The translations under genes were made by a program, and so were the position numbers. Under the pieces are notes generated by a model. The model saw only the letters and a program-made list of their open reading frames with translations. It had not been told where the DNA came from and did no database searches. 64,000 bases of DNA, taken from NCBI GenBank assembly GCA_012295275.1, contig CM022676.1, forward strand, positions 9,300,001 through 9,364,000, given 5' to 3'. Shown here piece after piece: positions 44,872-60,145 of this stretch (positions are counted from its first letter, which is position 1; each line of letters starts with the position of its first letter). Source of the stretch: Chrysomallon squamiferum (Eukaryota > Animalia > Mollusca).

Positions 44872-44931
44872 TGCTAGAATTGATCTCATGACCTAGCCAG
44901 TCTCAGGCAGGTGCTCTAACCACTGAGCTAA
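44872..44931 (-). mobile_element. tRNA-derived SINE head or tRNA pseudogene remnant
   Basis: The minus strand reads TAGCTCAGTGGTTAGAGCACCTGCC...GGTCATGAGATCAATTCTAGC: an intact A-box/D-arm and a decayed B-box at tRNA-like spacing. No complete cloverleaf. Confidence 0.6.
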
Positions 44932-45456
44932 CATTGTGACCGATATATGAGATATACAGATGTTACATAACACAGATAGTCAATATGTGGACCAGCTGTT
45001 GCCATTTATTATCAATTTTAAAGTTTCGTGTTGTGAAGCTTGTGTGAAAACAGTAAAACCAGACTAAAAGTAGAGTAAAAATAAACAAATAATAACAATA
45101 ATAGTAGTAGTAGTAGTAGTAGTAGTAGTAATAATAATAATAATAAATATAATAATAATGATGATGATGATGATGGTAATAATAATACTGACAATAATAA
45201 TAATAATAATAATAATAATAAAGTATTAAAAAATAAACCACAGTAATATTAAAAATAAATATATTATAACCTCCCATTAAATATTATAATTAAAACACAA
45301 TATAATTAAAAATAAATATATAACCATGCACGGCATGTTATAAATTCAAACAGAGTATAATTAAATAAAAATTTAAAAGTAAAATGAAATGTAAATTAGA
45401 AATAAATACTTGATAACTCATCAAATAATTCAACGGAAGAAACCGGAAGCTACATG

Positions 45457-45507
<51 letters not shown>

Positions 45508-46065
45508 TGTGTGTGTTTGAATGTCTCTGTGTGTGTGTGTATGTATGTGTATGTGTGTGTGTGTGTGTATGTATGTGTGTGTGTCTGTGTGTTTGTATGT
45601 ATCTGTGTGTGTGTATGTGTGTGTGTGTGTGTGTGTCTGTGTGTGTGTGTGTGTCTCTGTGTGTCTGTGTGTGTGTGTCTGTCTGTGTGTTTGTGTGTGT
45701 GTGTGTGTGTGTGCAAACAAACAAATGTTAGTATGTGTGCATGTATGTATATATATTTATATGTATGTAAATGATATTTACGTGATACCAAAACATATGT
45801 AGACCTATGCCGCATTATACATACGTGTGTGTGTGTGTGTGTGTACGTGTGTACGTGTGCATAAACTTCACAACATCTGTGACTACCTGCGTCAATATGC
45901 AGTGTGTCATACTGTGTTATCATTAATACATTTTAAAATATTTTTAGAAAATCAGTACAGTACTGCTCTTAAATGTCTGTGATTAATGATGATAGCATAC
46001 AGATAAAAATGACATAAATCATCTAATCATCATGTTAAAAGCAATGATGCAATGATATGATAGCT

Positions 46066-46560
46066 ATGTTAATAAGTTAGAAATAATGATATAATGAAAT
46101 GACTATAATGTTAGTATGTTAGAAATAACGATATAATGACATGACTATCATGTTAGTCAGTTAGAAATAATGATATCATGAAATGACTATCTTGTTAGTA
46201 AGTTAGAAATAATGATATAATGAAATGACTATCATGTTAATAAATTAGAAATAATGACATAATGAAATGACTATCTTGTTAGTAAGTTAGAAATAATGAT
46301 ATAATGAAATAACTATCACGTTAGTAAGTTAGAAATAACGATATGATGAAATAACTATCTTGTTAGTAAGTTAGAAATAATGATATGATGAAATAACTAT
46401 CATGTTAGTAAGTTAGAAATAACGACATAATGACATAACTATCATGTTAGTAAGTTAGAAATAACGATATAATGAAATCACTATCATGTTAGTAAGTTAG
46501 AAATAACGATATAATGAAATCACTATCATGTTAGTAAGTTAGAAATAATGATATAATGAT
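46066..46560. repeat. 42-bp minisatellite, ~12 copies
   Basis: Unit TTAGTAAGTTAGAAATAA(T/C)GATATAATGAAAT(G/A/C)ACTATCATG, high identity between copies. Confidence 0.93.
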
Positions 46561-49416
46561 CCAAACCTAACCTCACACTAAGAAACATTAACGGCCTCTT
46601 ATCTTTCAAAGTTGTGTTAGTAAGTTAGAAAGTTAATCATAAACATTTTTGTTAAAGACCTTGTATCCCACACACACTTTCTCTGGGATTTGATCCCACG
46701 AACTATAAGCTGTGAGAAATGTAACATGAAGCACAAGAAACAATAATTATTGTAATAAACTATCTTTTGTTCTTGCAATTTGTTAAATTTCAGTGTTTCC
46801 ATGGTGATTATTTCTTAGGTTAGGTTAATCCCTTTAGCAGGATTAATGGTATTAATCCCATGAGATTTGCTACCTGTAACGAGTAAAATTTGTGTCAGGT
46901 GTGTAAAATTGATTAATTGTTTGATCGGTGTTTTAAATCTGTGGCAGTTGTAAATAAAGAATAAATTCTGTGATATTTTTGCCCGTTCCAACTATAGCTC
47001 CTTATATATATATATATATATATATACATACATATAAAATAAAGTAAAGAAGAAAGTGACAGAGATTGAGAGACAGAAAGAGAGACAGAACGAGAGAGAG
47101 AATGAGAAAAAAAAAAGAGAAAAAAAGAAAGCGACTCTGTTTTAGAATACAAAGTACAGTTAGGTTGTTCATTCAAGATTATCTTCCAATTTTACATCAG
47201 TCTCTTATTGGAAAAAATGGCAGCCACATATTTTACTATTGACCTGGGATACACTAAGAAATCAAACTGAACGGTGAAAGTTAAGTTTTGTCTCTGGGGT
47301 ACACACCAAGGAGGGGGGTGCCTGCATTTTTATTCACCTTGCAAGCCAGTTTTAAAAACAACCAGGTCGAAATGATCTACCTGAATTACAAAAAACGCTA
47401 TAAATATATTTATTTATATATGCACTGAGTATACTTTATGTGTATAGTATACACTGGAACACCTTGCATCAGTGAATAAACCCTTGTATCGCAGTTCAGC
47501 TTAATACATTTATGGTTATCAGGGCTTTTACTCTGATAACTTGAACGTTTTTTTTTTTTTTTTATTTTTGAATTTTTGAATGTCATGTGATCTATCCCAC
47601 ACTTCATTGGTGATAGAACAGTCGACTGGGCTGCCCCCCTCCTGTACACACTACACGTACACACACACACACACACACACATTTATGTGCCATCAAATAA
47701 ACAGATTATAGTTTTCATTTTACCACTTTGTATACGAAACAAAAATAATTTCACCAGTATTGTTACTGTTCATTTTAAAATGAAGTCCTACAAAGCACAT
47801 CAGTATAAATTTCAGTACTACCTTGAAAGAAAATGATTAAAGGAAAGGAATATCTTAATTTCTCAGGTGAAATGAAAGTTTTAACTAGAAACAGAAAGAA
47901 AGAAAACAGGATAGCGATAAAAAAATTTTTTTTAAAAAATGAGGAGAAAGAAAAAGAAAAAGGAAAGAATAAAGACTGAAGGAAAGAAACAAAGAAAGAA
48001 GGAAACAAAAAAGAAATAAAATATGAAATAGAAAAGAGTAAAGTGAAAGAAGGAAAGAAAATAGAAGAAAAAAAACAACGAAAAATCATAAGAACGAAAA
48101 ATCTTCGAAAAATGAAAAAAAAAAAAAAAAAAAAAGGAAAAAATATCTGGAAAGAAAAAACAACAACAAACAACAAACAACAACAACCGAACAATAATAA
48201 AGAAATTCAATATTCAAATGAGCTATTCACAACTGTTCACGCTTGTTCTTACAATTGTTCACATTTCCGACAGAGAACAAAACCTGAACTGATTTCTGAA
48301 AAGAGCAGACGCAGTCTTGCATTAGAAGTCCAGCTTATTACTATTTATTATTTTCCAAGATGCGTGAGTCACATACAGGATTGAAAAAAAAAGAAAAATA
48401 GCCAATCAAATCAGCTGTAACAATGTACCCACCCAACCGGTGAATACGAAGCATATATTACCGGTGTAATATAAAAAAAAAAAAAAAAAATAAATGTATT
48501 CTCACATAGTTATTTATTTTCGTTTTCGTTACTTCTTGATTTTTTTTTGGCAGGATAATGTGAATGTTGTCAGCACAAGTAAATAATTACTGGTTTTATT
48601 CATCAGCTGTTTGACATTTGAATAGCCAGATTTAAAATTATCTTTTTTTTTGTTTAGTGAAAAAAAAAACAAAAAAACTCCACAACCATTTTGTTTTCTT
48701 TTTTTTTATCTGTTTTTCATTCCTCCATTATTGGGTGATATCAGGAAAAAAAATAAAAAAATAATTATTTAAACACTTCGTTAAATTTAATAAAAAAAAT
48801 AAATAAAAAATGGCATTATTTTAAAACTAGATTAAATTGAATTCTACGTAAAAAAAATTAAATAAATTTCTTAAAAAAAACAAACAAATTAAATAAAATT
48901 TCTTTTCTTAATTATTTTCGATTTTAAATAAAATTTGTTTGTCTTTTAATACAAATTGAAATTAAATTTTATTTCTGTATGTGTTTTTGTTAAATGTCTT
49001 TTCAAATCTGTCTGTCTGTCTGTATGTGTGTATGTGTCATGTCTAAATCTGTCTGTCTGTCTGTATGTGTGTTTGTTTGAAAAATCTGTCTGTCTGTGTG
49101 TATGCATGTCTAAATCTGTCTGTCTGTCTGTATGTGTGTTTGTATGTCTAAATCTGTTTGTCTGTCTATCTGTATGTGTGTTTGTATGTCTAAATCACTT
49201 CTCATGAAAACAAGATGGTCTGAAATGAAACAAATATGAAAGACATACTCTGAGTCTGTCCTTCTTTCTGTCTGCATGTCTGTGTGTCTGTATGAATATC
49301 TGTCCATTTCTTCATACCTTTCATGTCTGTCCATGTTACTGTATTAGTATACGTCGTTCATTATGTTTGTATATAGTCATCAATCTGTTCCTTTCTTTAT
49401 CTGTATATCCTTATAA

Positions 49417-49454
<38 letters not shown>

Positions 49455-50085
49455 TGTTTGTGTTTGTCTCTCTGTCCTTGTTATTGTGAAATTGTCTGTC
49501 ACTGCAGAAAGTTTTCACCCATTTGTAATGACAAACATTACAACACAGACACATAAACATACATACACACAGACAAACACACACACAATGGTGACACACA
49601 TAATTTCTAATAAATACATAAGACACACAAAAAAAAAAAACACTTAAGGAAATAGAAGGAGGAAAAGACAGACAGACAGACAGACAGACAGACATTCATA
49701 AAAAAAAAAAAAAAAGATATCAGGAAAAACATAACAATAAAACAGACCAGTGGAATATGAAATCTATCATGTTAACTTAAAACCAAGAATGAAAACATAA
49801 ACATAAAAAAAAATAAAAAATTATTAAATAAAAAAAAAAGAAATCTATTCACCTCCCCCCACACCTCCCCCCATAAACATGTTTACAACCCACAACACAC
49901 CTTGACTAACGAGATTTTGATAAATTTAAAAAAAAAAAAAAAAAAAAACAATTTAAAAATCATTATGACCACCCAACCAAAATCTCCCTTTTTAAAAAAA
50001 AAAAACTGAACTACCCACCTAACTTTTACACTGAATGGACGACCTAGACCCAGACCTACCCTGCTGAACTGGTGGGCCAAAAGCC

Positions 50086-50101
50086 CCACCAGGGGGCGCT
50101 G
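50086..50101 (+). promoter_or_regulatory. CTCF-like motif
   Basis: CCACCAGGGGGCGCTG matches the CTCF core consensus. Confidence 0.6.
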
Positions 50102-50444
50102 TCATCACTGTAAACACAGGTTTTTACGTTTACACTTTCATAGTAAGTGTCGCCAAGGGTGTTAGAACATGACAAAAAAAAAAAAAAAAAACATGTCTTG
50201 TGTTAAAAATGTCAAGGACGTTTGAAGTGTCATTATTATAGTAGGCAAAGAAACCGTGTGGGGTTGGGGGAAGAGGGAGGAGGGCTGACCATGGGGGAGC
50301 CTCATGGTCAGGACTGATTGTCTCTTGGGGGTGGGTATGATGTTGGGTAGCTGAGTGTGTGTGTGGGAGGGGGGTTGTGTTTTGAAGAGGGGGAGATGCT
50401 AAGTTGCCAAGCATGATGGGAAATTTGTTACATAGCAGACTGTC

Positions 50445-50484
<40 letters not shown>

Positions 50485-51096
50485 ATCTGAGAGGATTTAA
50501 CTCCCAGTGAATTTGGAGGGAGGGAGGGAGGGAGAGAAGGAGGGTGTGTCTTGAAGCATAAGGGGGGGTTATGATAGGTAGGTGAGTTGTTTATTAGAAG
50601 ACGGAGGGGGGTTTAACCACTGAAGGGGTGCTGTGAAGCAGAGGTGGTGGTGTCATGTAATGGGCGTGGCCAAACTGAGGGGTGTGTGTCACAGGAGGGT
50701 GGTCCTGGGCTGAAGTGGGCACCACGGAAGGGATGTTTACCTAGCAGAAGAGGGGGGTGCTACCTAGGGAGAGGGGTGTGGGTGTGTGTTTCTTGTACAG
50801 CAGACTGGGAAAGTGTTACACAGCAGAGAGAAGCGGTGACAGAAGGGGGGTTAACATGGGAAGGGGGTGTTACCGAGCTGAAGGGTGTGTGAATGTTACA
50901 CACTATGAAGGGGTACAGAGTGATATAAACACTGAGAGCATTGTCTTTATGGTGTTGTTGTTGTTAGTGTTACATAACCGTGGTAACGTGAACAATGGAG
51001 GGTGTCTACTGCTGAAGAGTGAACTGAAAAACGTGTCATACTTGCTGTTACTCAGTGAGCTGTGATGCGAGACGTCTGCTGTTACAACTCACTCAC

Positions 51097-51131
51097 CGCA
51101 ACAACAACAACAACAAAACTGAGAATCTCAT
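51097..51131 (-). CDS. Weak candidate signal-peptide exon of the IgCAM (MRFSVLLLLLL-R)
   Basis: ATG AGA TTC TCA GTT (TTG)6 CG|GTGAGT. The donor is phase 2 whereas exon A needs phase 1, so an extra micro-exon or an indel is required. The poly-Leu is a (TTG)n microsatellite. Confidence 0.2.
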
Positions 51132-51267
51132 TTCATCCTGATTTTTTAATTTTCAATTTTTTTTTTTTTTAATTGTTTTTTTTTTACCTTTTGAAAGATG
51201 ACATGGTTTTAAAATTGACTTATTTAAACTGTCTGTTTAGTTGTCTGTCTTTCAGTGTCACTCTGTA

Positions 51268-51494
51268 CAGGGTGTCCCTGAAGTCACGCACCATGAAGAT
51301 TTTTATTTAGATACACATAAATTAGTAGCGAAACCCTCAACAGAGTAAAAAACAGTTTTATAAAGAGAATTGAAGTATGTATCAATGCAGAGGGCAAGCA
51401 ATTTGAGCGTTTGTTATGATTATTATTAATAAATTTTTTATTCATATGTATCTAAATAAAAATCTTCATGGTGCGTGACTTCTGGGACACCCTG
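51268..51494. mobile_element. Tc1/mariner-superfamily MITE (227 bp)
   Basis: 48-bp terminal inverted repeats CAGGGTGTCCC(T/A)GAAGTCACGCACCATGAAGATTTTTATTTAGATACA with one mismatch, flanked by TA on both sides (51266-67, 51495-96). No transposase. Confidence 0.92.
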
Positions 51495-51762
51495 TACATC
51501 TTTCTCTGTGTGTGTGTGTGTGTGTGTGTGTGTTCTTCTCTGTTTTTTCTCTTTCTCTGTTAAGTAGCAGAAGGAGATATGATAGGAGGGATGCTGTACA
51601 GAAGAGTTTTATAATAGGAGGGATATCTTACTCTCATTTCTTCTCTATAAACATTCTGTTTCTCTCTCTCTCTGTTCTCTCTCTCTCTTTTTCTCTCTCT
51701 TTCTCTGTTTTCTTTTTTTTTCTCTCTCTCTCTCTGTTCTCTCTTTCTCTTTCTCTCTGTTT

Positions 51763-51843
<81 letters not shown>

Positions 51844-52037
51844 GTCTCTCTGTCTTTTATCTCTCTTTATATAGATACCTGTATCTCCTTATCTATCACT
51901 TTATATATTATATACACACACACACATATATATATATATATGGTCTGTTTGTGTGTGTGTATATATATATACATACATCCATACATACATACATATATAT
52001 ATATATACACACACACATACATACAAACACACACACA

Positions 52038-52110
<73 letters not shown>

Positions 52111-52673
52111 ATGTACAAGATATATATTAATTCATTATCTTGCCACTGTTAAGATTCTATTCATTTTATCAATCAATTATTTACTTACTTAAAAATGTTT
52201 TTTCTTCATTAAAATTAAATATATCTGAGGGAAAAAAAAAAAAAAAAAAGAAATAAGAAATAAATAAAAAATAAAAACTCAAAGAAAATAAAATGAAGTC
52301 AGCACTGTGAGAAATCAATATTAACGAGCGTTTATTACCTTTAACGAGTATTGATACAGGTGTTAAAAATACAGGTATGCTTCTTCTGAGTGAGTTCGTG
52401 TGAACTGACAGGTGTTTAAGTCGTGCTGCTGTATCTGGTTTGTGTATTGATACAACTGTCTGAGTACCACTGAGATACTGAGTGAGTGTGTGTGTGTTTG
52501 TATAAATGTGTGAGTGAGTGACAATATATAATGTGTATGTATGTGTGTATATGTGTATGTTTGTATAAATGTGTGAGTTTATGTGTATGTGTATGTGTAT
52601 GTTTTATGTTTTAATATGTAATGTAACAGTTAATCTGCCTGTCTTTCTGTATATCCATATCTCTCTCTCTCTG

Positions 52674-52706
<33 letters not shown>

Positions 52707-52768
52707 ATATATATATATTTGTGTGTGTGTGTGTGTATGTATATATATATGTAGAGAGAGAGAAAGAG

Positions 52769-52807
<39 letters not shown>

Positions 52808-52878
52808 TTGAGAGAATGAGATAGAGAAAGAGAGAGAGACAGAGAGAGAAAGAGATTGAGAGATTCAGAGAGAGACAT

Positions 52879-52937
<59 letters not shown>

Positions 52938-54787
52938 CAACCTGTTTTTAACTCAGTTACTCTACGTATGTAAACACAGTCACAAAGAATCCACAACAGT
53001 GTGAAAAGTGTCTGCAAACCTGACACAAAATCGTTACACCAAATCACACCGAGTAAACACACCTTTAGTACATTCAATCCAATTACCCGAAAAAACCACC
53101 CAATTCAACCCAATCAGCCACTTTTCACGACCAACAAGTAAATCAGCACCAAGAACAACCCCTTTTTTGCCCGTTCCAAATCAGAACCAATTCCATTAAT
53201 ACTCGTAACCCGATATCTAAGTAAACATGACCAAACATTAGTCCAAAATGAAAAAAAAAAAATGTCTTCATTTATCGTTGCAGACAACGATGACATTGAT
53301 GCCAATGAGCAAACAACGGTGTTTACACATCAGAGTTAAGCAACGCTGTTGTGTTTGTTCTTCTCTCTTTCTGCTGTGACTTTCCGACAATTTGAAGTCA
53401 AAAAAAAAAAAAAACATTGATTCTTTGACTCAAACGGTGTGGTCCCCAAATTGCAAACAGGCCCGTCCCAAGTCAGAATTTAATTGCAGGGTAAACAGTA
53501 ATGTATACTTGGAAAAAACGTCTGTGGTAAAGATGTGTAATTAGGCAAGGTTAGAGATAAAGTTGTTCTTGATGTCTTGTTGTTTTTTTGAGACTTTGTA
53601 GAATTTCTAAGAAAGTTAGTGTAATTAGATATTAAGAAAACTTTTTGAAGTTTTTACGAGAATCGGTGTCTTTAAGGAAGGGAGAAGTAATTGTCGAGTG
53701 TTTTTGTTTACTTACGGTCGAATGAATCGAGTTTTAGTGATATTTTTAACAATTATTTTGTGTGTATGTGTATGTGTGTGTGGGTGCGTGTGTGTGTTTG
53801 GGTGTGTATTGTGTATGTATGAGTGTGTACATAATGTGTGATGTATGTTGTGTGTATGTGATTGTGTGTGTTGTGTTTGTGTGTACATGTGTGTGTTGTG
53901 TATGTGTACTTGTGAGTTTGTGTATGTATGTGTGTATTTGTGCATTTTTGTTTATGTGTTTCTATGTGTATGTTGGTATACATCTATATATATATATATA
54001 TATATATAGATGTCTGTGTGCATATGTATGCATGTGTTATATAGGTGTACATCTATATATATATATAAAGCTATTTATGTATGTGTGTATATGTACATAT
54101 ATCTATGTCTGTGTCTGTGTGTACGTATACCTGTGCACGGACCGAAGTATTGTTAAAATTACTTTTCTTTATTTATGATAATGCTTGGAAACATACTGAA
54201 CTATTTTTAAAACTCGTATTGATAGACTGTCTGGTAAATACTGAATATATCACATGTAAGCTGTGTATTATGACAAATTTGCTGCCACCTGTTACAAGAA
54301 TATTCATATCTCTGAGTCACAACCACAGTTAAAAATTTAACAGAGGAATTGTAATGGATAAATAAATGCATGTATGTGAACAAAAACGTAATAGTATTAA
54401 ACAATAAAGAAATAATAAAAATAGATAGATAAATAATTAAATAAATGAATAAATAAATATAGGTAGATAGGTAGATACAGATAGGGATAGATAGATAGAT
54501 AGAGAGAGAGATAGATAGGTGCATAGATAGGTAGACAGAAATATATCTAATATAGATATGTAAATACATAGATATTTAGACAGACAGATAGACAAACAGA
54601 AGAAGTAAGTTGAGAAACAAAAATAAATAATAAAAACAAGGAAAGAATTTGAAAAAGAGAAAAAAATGCTTGAAATAAATATTTTCAAAAAGAAAACAAC
54701 TTCAAAAATTTCAAAAAAAAACTTCTGTATTTAAACAAACCATTATAAAAGTAACTGAATCACAGACAAATAAAAACGAAATTAATT

Positions 54788-54805
54788 CAGGCCCCCTGGT
54801 GGCCA
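54788..54805 (-). promoter_or_regulatory. CTCF-like motif
   Basis: Minus strand TGGCCACCAGGGGGCCTG. Confidence 0.5.
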
Positions 54806-54973
54806 ATTAGCTCTGACCACCCAGGGTGAAATAACTCTGTTATCTACCAGTGTGAAATCTGACAATTAAATCACAGTTTACTGAACCACTGCATTAGATA
54901 TGAACACAGTGAACGTTGTTCAGTATTCTGTTCAGCTGGATAGAAAGGATTTTTGTTTAACGATTTAGCTAGC

Positions 54974-55030
<57 letters not shown>

Positions 55031-55210
55031 AATGAATAAATTTAACAAATAAATTAAATTAAAAAGTTGACAGACTCACACAACACACACAAACAGCTCT
55101 CTCTTGCTCTCTCTCTCTGTCTCTCTCTCACACACACAAATAAGCTCTCTCTCACACACACAAATAAGTTTTCTCTCTATTTCTCTCTCTATCTCACACA
55201 CACAGAAATA

Positions 55211-55246
<36 letters not shown>

Positions 55247-55247
55247 A

Positions 55248-55279
<32 letters not shown>

Positions 55280-55681
55280 TACCTAGCTCCGAACAGGTAA
55301 ACAAAATCCAATCAGTTCTACCTGTTAACAAAACAATGTACAAAAAGTAACATTCTCTCATGTTTCCATGGTGAACTGACCTCTGCCCACATCAGCTTGA
55401 CCAGAAAGGATAAAATAGACAGTATATGGTTGAAGTTAATTGGAGAAATGATATTGTAGGGTGTAGATAAACAAAATGACATAGAGGAATAGAAATAATG
55501 AGAGATTGATAAAAAGTGTAAACTGGGATGATTTTAGTTGATACTGTGTAAGGTTGGATGGATTTATGTATGGAAGGAAGACTGTGTGTCTGTCTGTGTG
55601 TGTGTGTGTGTGTTTCTGTGTGTGTGTGTGTGTGTCTGTGTGTGTGTCTGTGTCTCTGTGTGTGTGTGTCTGTCTGTGTCT

Positions 55682-55730
<49 letters not shown>

Positions 55731-56666
55731 TGTGTATGTGTGTGTGTCTGTCTGTGTGTCTCTGTGTGTCAGAGATGGATATTTGTGCGTGTGTATGTAT
55801 ATATGTATGTAGTATATGTATGTATGTATGTAAATGTATATATTTGTTATGTCTGTGTGTGTGGTGGTGTTTTTGTGTGTGTATCTGTAAAATTCTCAAA
55901 GTCCAAAACTTCTGGAATCCCTAATTCCCAAACTGCCAAATTCCTTGGCCCTAACTCCTTAATTCTAGGAAAAAAAACACAAAAAAACCCCCTCAAAACC
56001 CTCTGCTTCTTAGAATCTTTGAGCATCACATATACTCAAAAATTCATGATTACTCAAATTCATAGATTCCTTGAGACTTCAATTCCCAAACTCCCAATTT
56101 CTCAGATTTCTGGACTCACAACTGTCCCAGATTCTGGGACTCCTAGACTCCCAGACTCCCAGAATTATACTGACAGTTCCAGGTGGTAACAAACAGTGTG
56201 TGGGAAGCAGACGTGACAAGAGGTCAAAGGTTACACTAACTGGTTCTTCTTATCGGTTCATGATTAGAATCCACTGCAAGCTTAACACAACACTGTGAAC
56301 CAGTCAAAGATTTACAGTGAAATCATGAAATTCATTGCTCTGTGCATCCATAATGTCTCTCTGTCTCTCTCAGTCTGTCTGTCTGTCTCTTTTTCTTTTT
56401 TTGTGTATCTGTCTGCCTGTTTTTCTGTCTATCTATTGAAACTGAGTGATGATGTGGATGGATGGATAGATGAATGAATGAATGAAATAAGTGGCAGGAA
56501 GGATGGATGAATGAATGAATGAATATATAAATACATTTAAATAAATAAATTAATAAATAAAATAAGTGGATGGATTTAATAAATACATGAATGAGTGAGT
56601 AAATACAGCGTCCTTTAATATTAATAGAAGCCAGTTAAATGGCAGTGGTTAATTGTGAGACTTGTT

Positions 56667-57362
<696 letters not shown>

Positions 57363-57783
57363 TTAAACAAAAGTCACAGGTCATGTAACAGAGTCAGAAC
57401 AAAAAAAAAGAGAAATTATACTAAAAAGTGTTTAGGTAATCTTTAAAATTTTTAATTTAACAAAAAAAATAAAATTTAAAAAAAAAAAGGAATTCTGACT
57501 TTTTAATTTTTCCTAATGTACTTTAACACGGGTGTTAATTTTTAGCCAGTTCCCAGATGTTTATCCTTCGCACGTTGGTCTTGTCCTCTGCTTTTCAGAC
57601 ACACACAAACTTGCAGCCCTTGTTTGATCAGGAAATAACTTCTCACTGCTGCACTTTTGCAGGTTTGCTTTTCAAACAAGATTAAATATTTACTGTCCTT
57701 GTTTGTGCATCATCTTCTCACATGACTGACTTTTAAGAAGAAAAAAAAAACTGAAGATTTCAAAACCAGAAAGAGGTGGGGGG

Positions 57784-57853
<70 letters not shown>

Positions 57854-60058
57854 AGCTAGTAAGAAAGACAGATAGAGAGACAGACAGACAGAAATAGAGA
57901 ATAGACAGTGTGACAGAGAAAAAGATAGAGAGAAAAGTGAAGAAGAAGAAGAGAAAGAAATAGAAAAAGAATGAGTGTGAAAGAAAGACAGATATATAGA
58001 TAGATAGATAGATAGATAGAAAAAAGAAAGAGCCAGAATGAGAGAGATAAACAATATGAATGCACAGAAAGAGGGAGAGAGACAGAGAGAGAAAGCTTTC
58101 TAAATTAAATAAATTTAATTATAATATAATACAGTTTAATTTGTCTACGTAATACACTTCCTACACAATATTTATATATTCACAGTAACCTCGCAGATTT
58201 CACTTCTTCTGCTCTAATGCTATTTTCAACACAACTTGTTATTAAAACTTTTGCTCACAACAATAGCTACACCAGAATGACCTCTGGTTCTTATTTCATT
58301 CATTTTAATGACAATACTTTCTACAAAACCAGTCAAAAGAAATCACATAATACTGTATTGATCCTTTTTATATATATATATATTTCATATTACCTACATA
58401 GATTAACAAAAACAAGAGTATTGGCTGCACTGTTAAGGTTAGAGTGGTATAACGAGGTGTGGTTGAATACAAGATCAGTTCTGTTTTGTGAAGACTTGTA
58501 GCAATTTCACATTCCAACCATTACTCCATGACATGTATAAATGCCTGGAAAGTGATTGTTCTTTATCAGAATGTGGATAAACAGGGATTCCTTACTGTTA
58601 TCTTATGATGTTTATTATCCCTGTCATATAAAAAACATAATGCAATTCTCAACATACATCAATCTTGATAGGCACGACAAATTAAATATTTGTTTAACAA
58701 TACTCTGTACATTTTTTTCATTAACACATTTGGAGCCTGAAAAAATAGAAATCTGTTTTAACGAAACTTAGAAAAAGTATTTTTGTAAAAAATATATTTT
58801 TAGGTATTAGGCCTTAAGAAATAAATATTTGTTTAACAATAACTCAGTGTTTTTGTATAGTAACAGTTATCTTGTATGAAAGCAAATATCTGCTTAACAA
58901 AAATCAACATATATTAATATTAATAATGTTTAAACAAAATGAATAAATATTCTGTTTGACAATACTCAGTATGTTTTGCAATACATTTGGTTATTAGGCC
59001 TATTATTTGCTTAACAATATTTACATGCTAATAGTTATTGGATGTGAAAGAAAAAAATATTTGTTTAATAAACATATTTTTTTCTACTAACAGGATTGAT
59101 ATTTGTTTTTAAAAAAAACCTAAAGACTGTTTGTTATTAACTGTTTTTAGCCACTAACTCAATTTATTATATTTTTTATTTACTAAACTAAAATATATGA
59201 GGCCCATTTCTGCCCCAGGGTTATGTTTATCAATTCAAAAAAAACCTGTTAATTTCCAAAAACATTCATTAAACTTACAGTGACCTAAGGCTGCCATTTT
59301 ATTAATTTTAAACGATACTATTATCTATTCAACTAGTTATTAAAAATAACCCAAGTTACGTACCCTGGTTCATTAGTAATAAAAAAGATCTTTATTAAGT
59401 AAAAAACACATGTTAATTAATATCTGATATATTTGAGCAATTGTTGGAATAGGAAAAAAGGTAATCCAGGCATCAGAGAGAATTGATTTAATGTGCCATC
59501 TCACATCACATGAGTTCTCTATCTACTGATCTGTAGAAATTTCAGTAATACCTGAATGGTTTCATTTCAGGTAACAGCCATTAAATTGTTAATTATTTCT
59601 CACCTAATACCTGTGAGAAAGCTCGTTAAACAATAATAATAATTAATAATTCAGGTGTACTCAAAGGTGAAGTTATGAAAACTTTATAGTAAGTCATATT
59701 TATGATCAAATGTTGTTGTTCATCAAAGGATATGTGAAAAATTGTAATATAGATTTGTATTCTTAAAATTGCATTTTTAATGTAGCATTTAACCATCTCC
59801 ATCAACAAGGTATAAATATATCTCTGTTACTTATGTTAACTACTGCAATATACAATCTATATATAACATTTAATAATATGGAATAATATATATATATCTG
59901 TTATTTATGTGTTAAATACTGCAGAATATAACAATCTGTATTTAACAACAGGGCATAAATATATTTGTTATTTATCCATGTAACTCTGTGTATATTTAGT
60001 AATAACCAACAACAGAACACACACACACATGCACATGCACATGCATGCACACACATAC

Positions 60059-60093
<35 letters not shown>

Positions 60094-60109
60094 TATGTGT
60101 GTATGTGTA

Positions 60110-60145
<36 letters not shown>

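Noticed and set aside
44872-44931. Functional tRNA gene
   Set aside because: The B-box/T-arm is degenerate and there is no acceptor stem, so it is treated as a SINE or pseudogene remnant.
55900-56170. Unique-looking ORF tail of 55554-56189 / 56071-56298
   Set aside because: It is a degenerate short-period repeat (ACTCCCAG/ATTC-like) with no coding signature.
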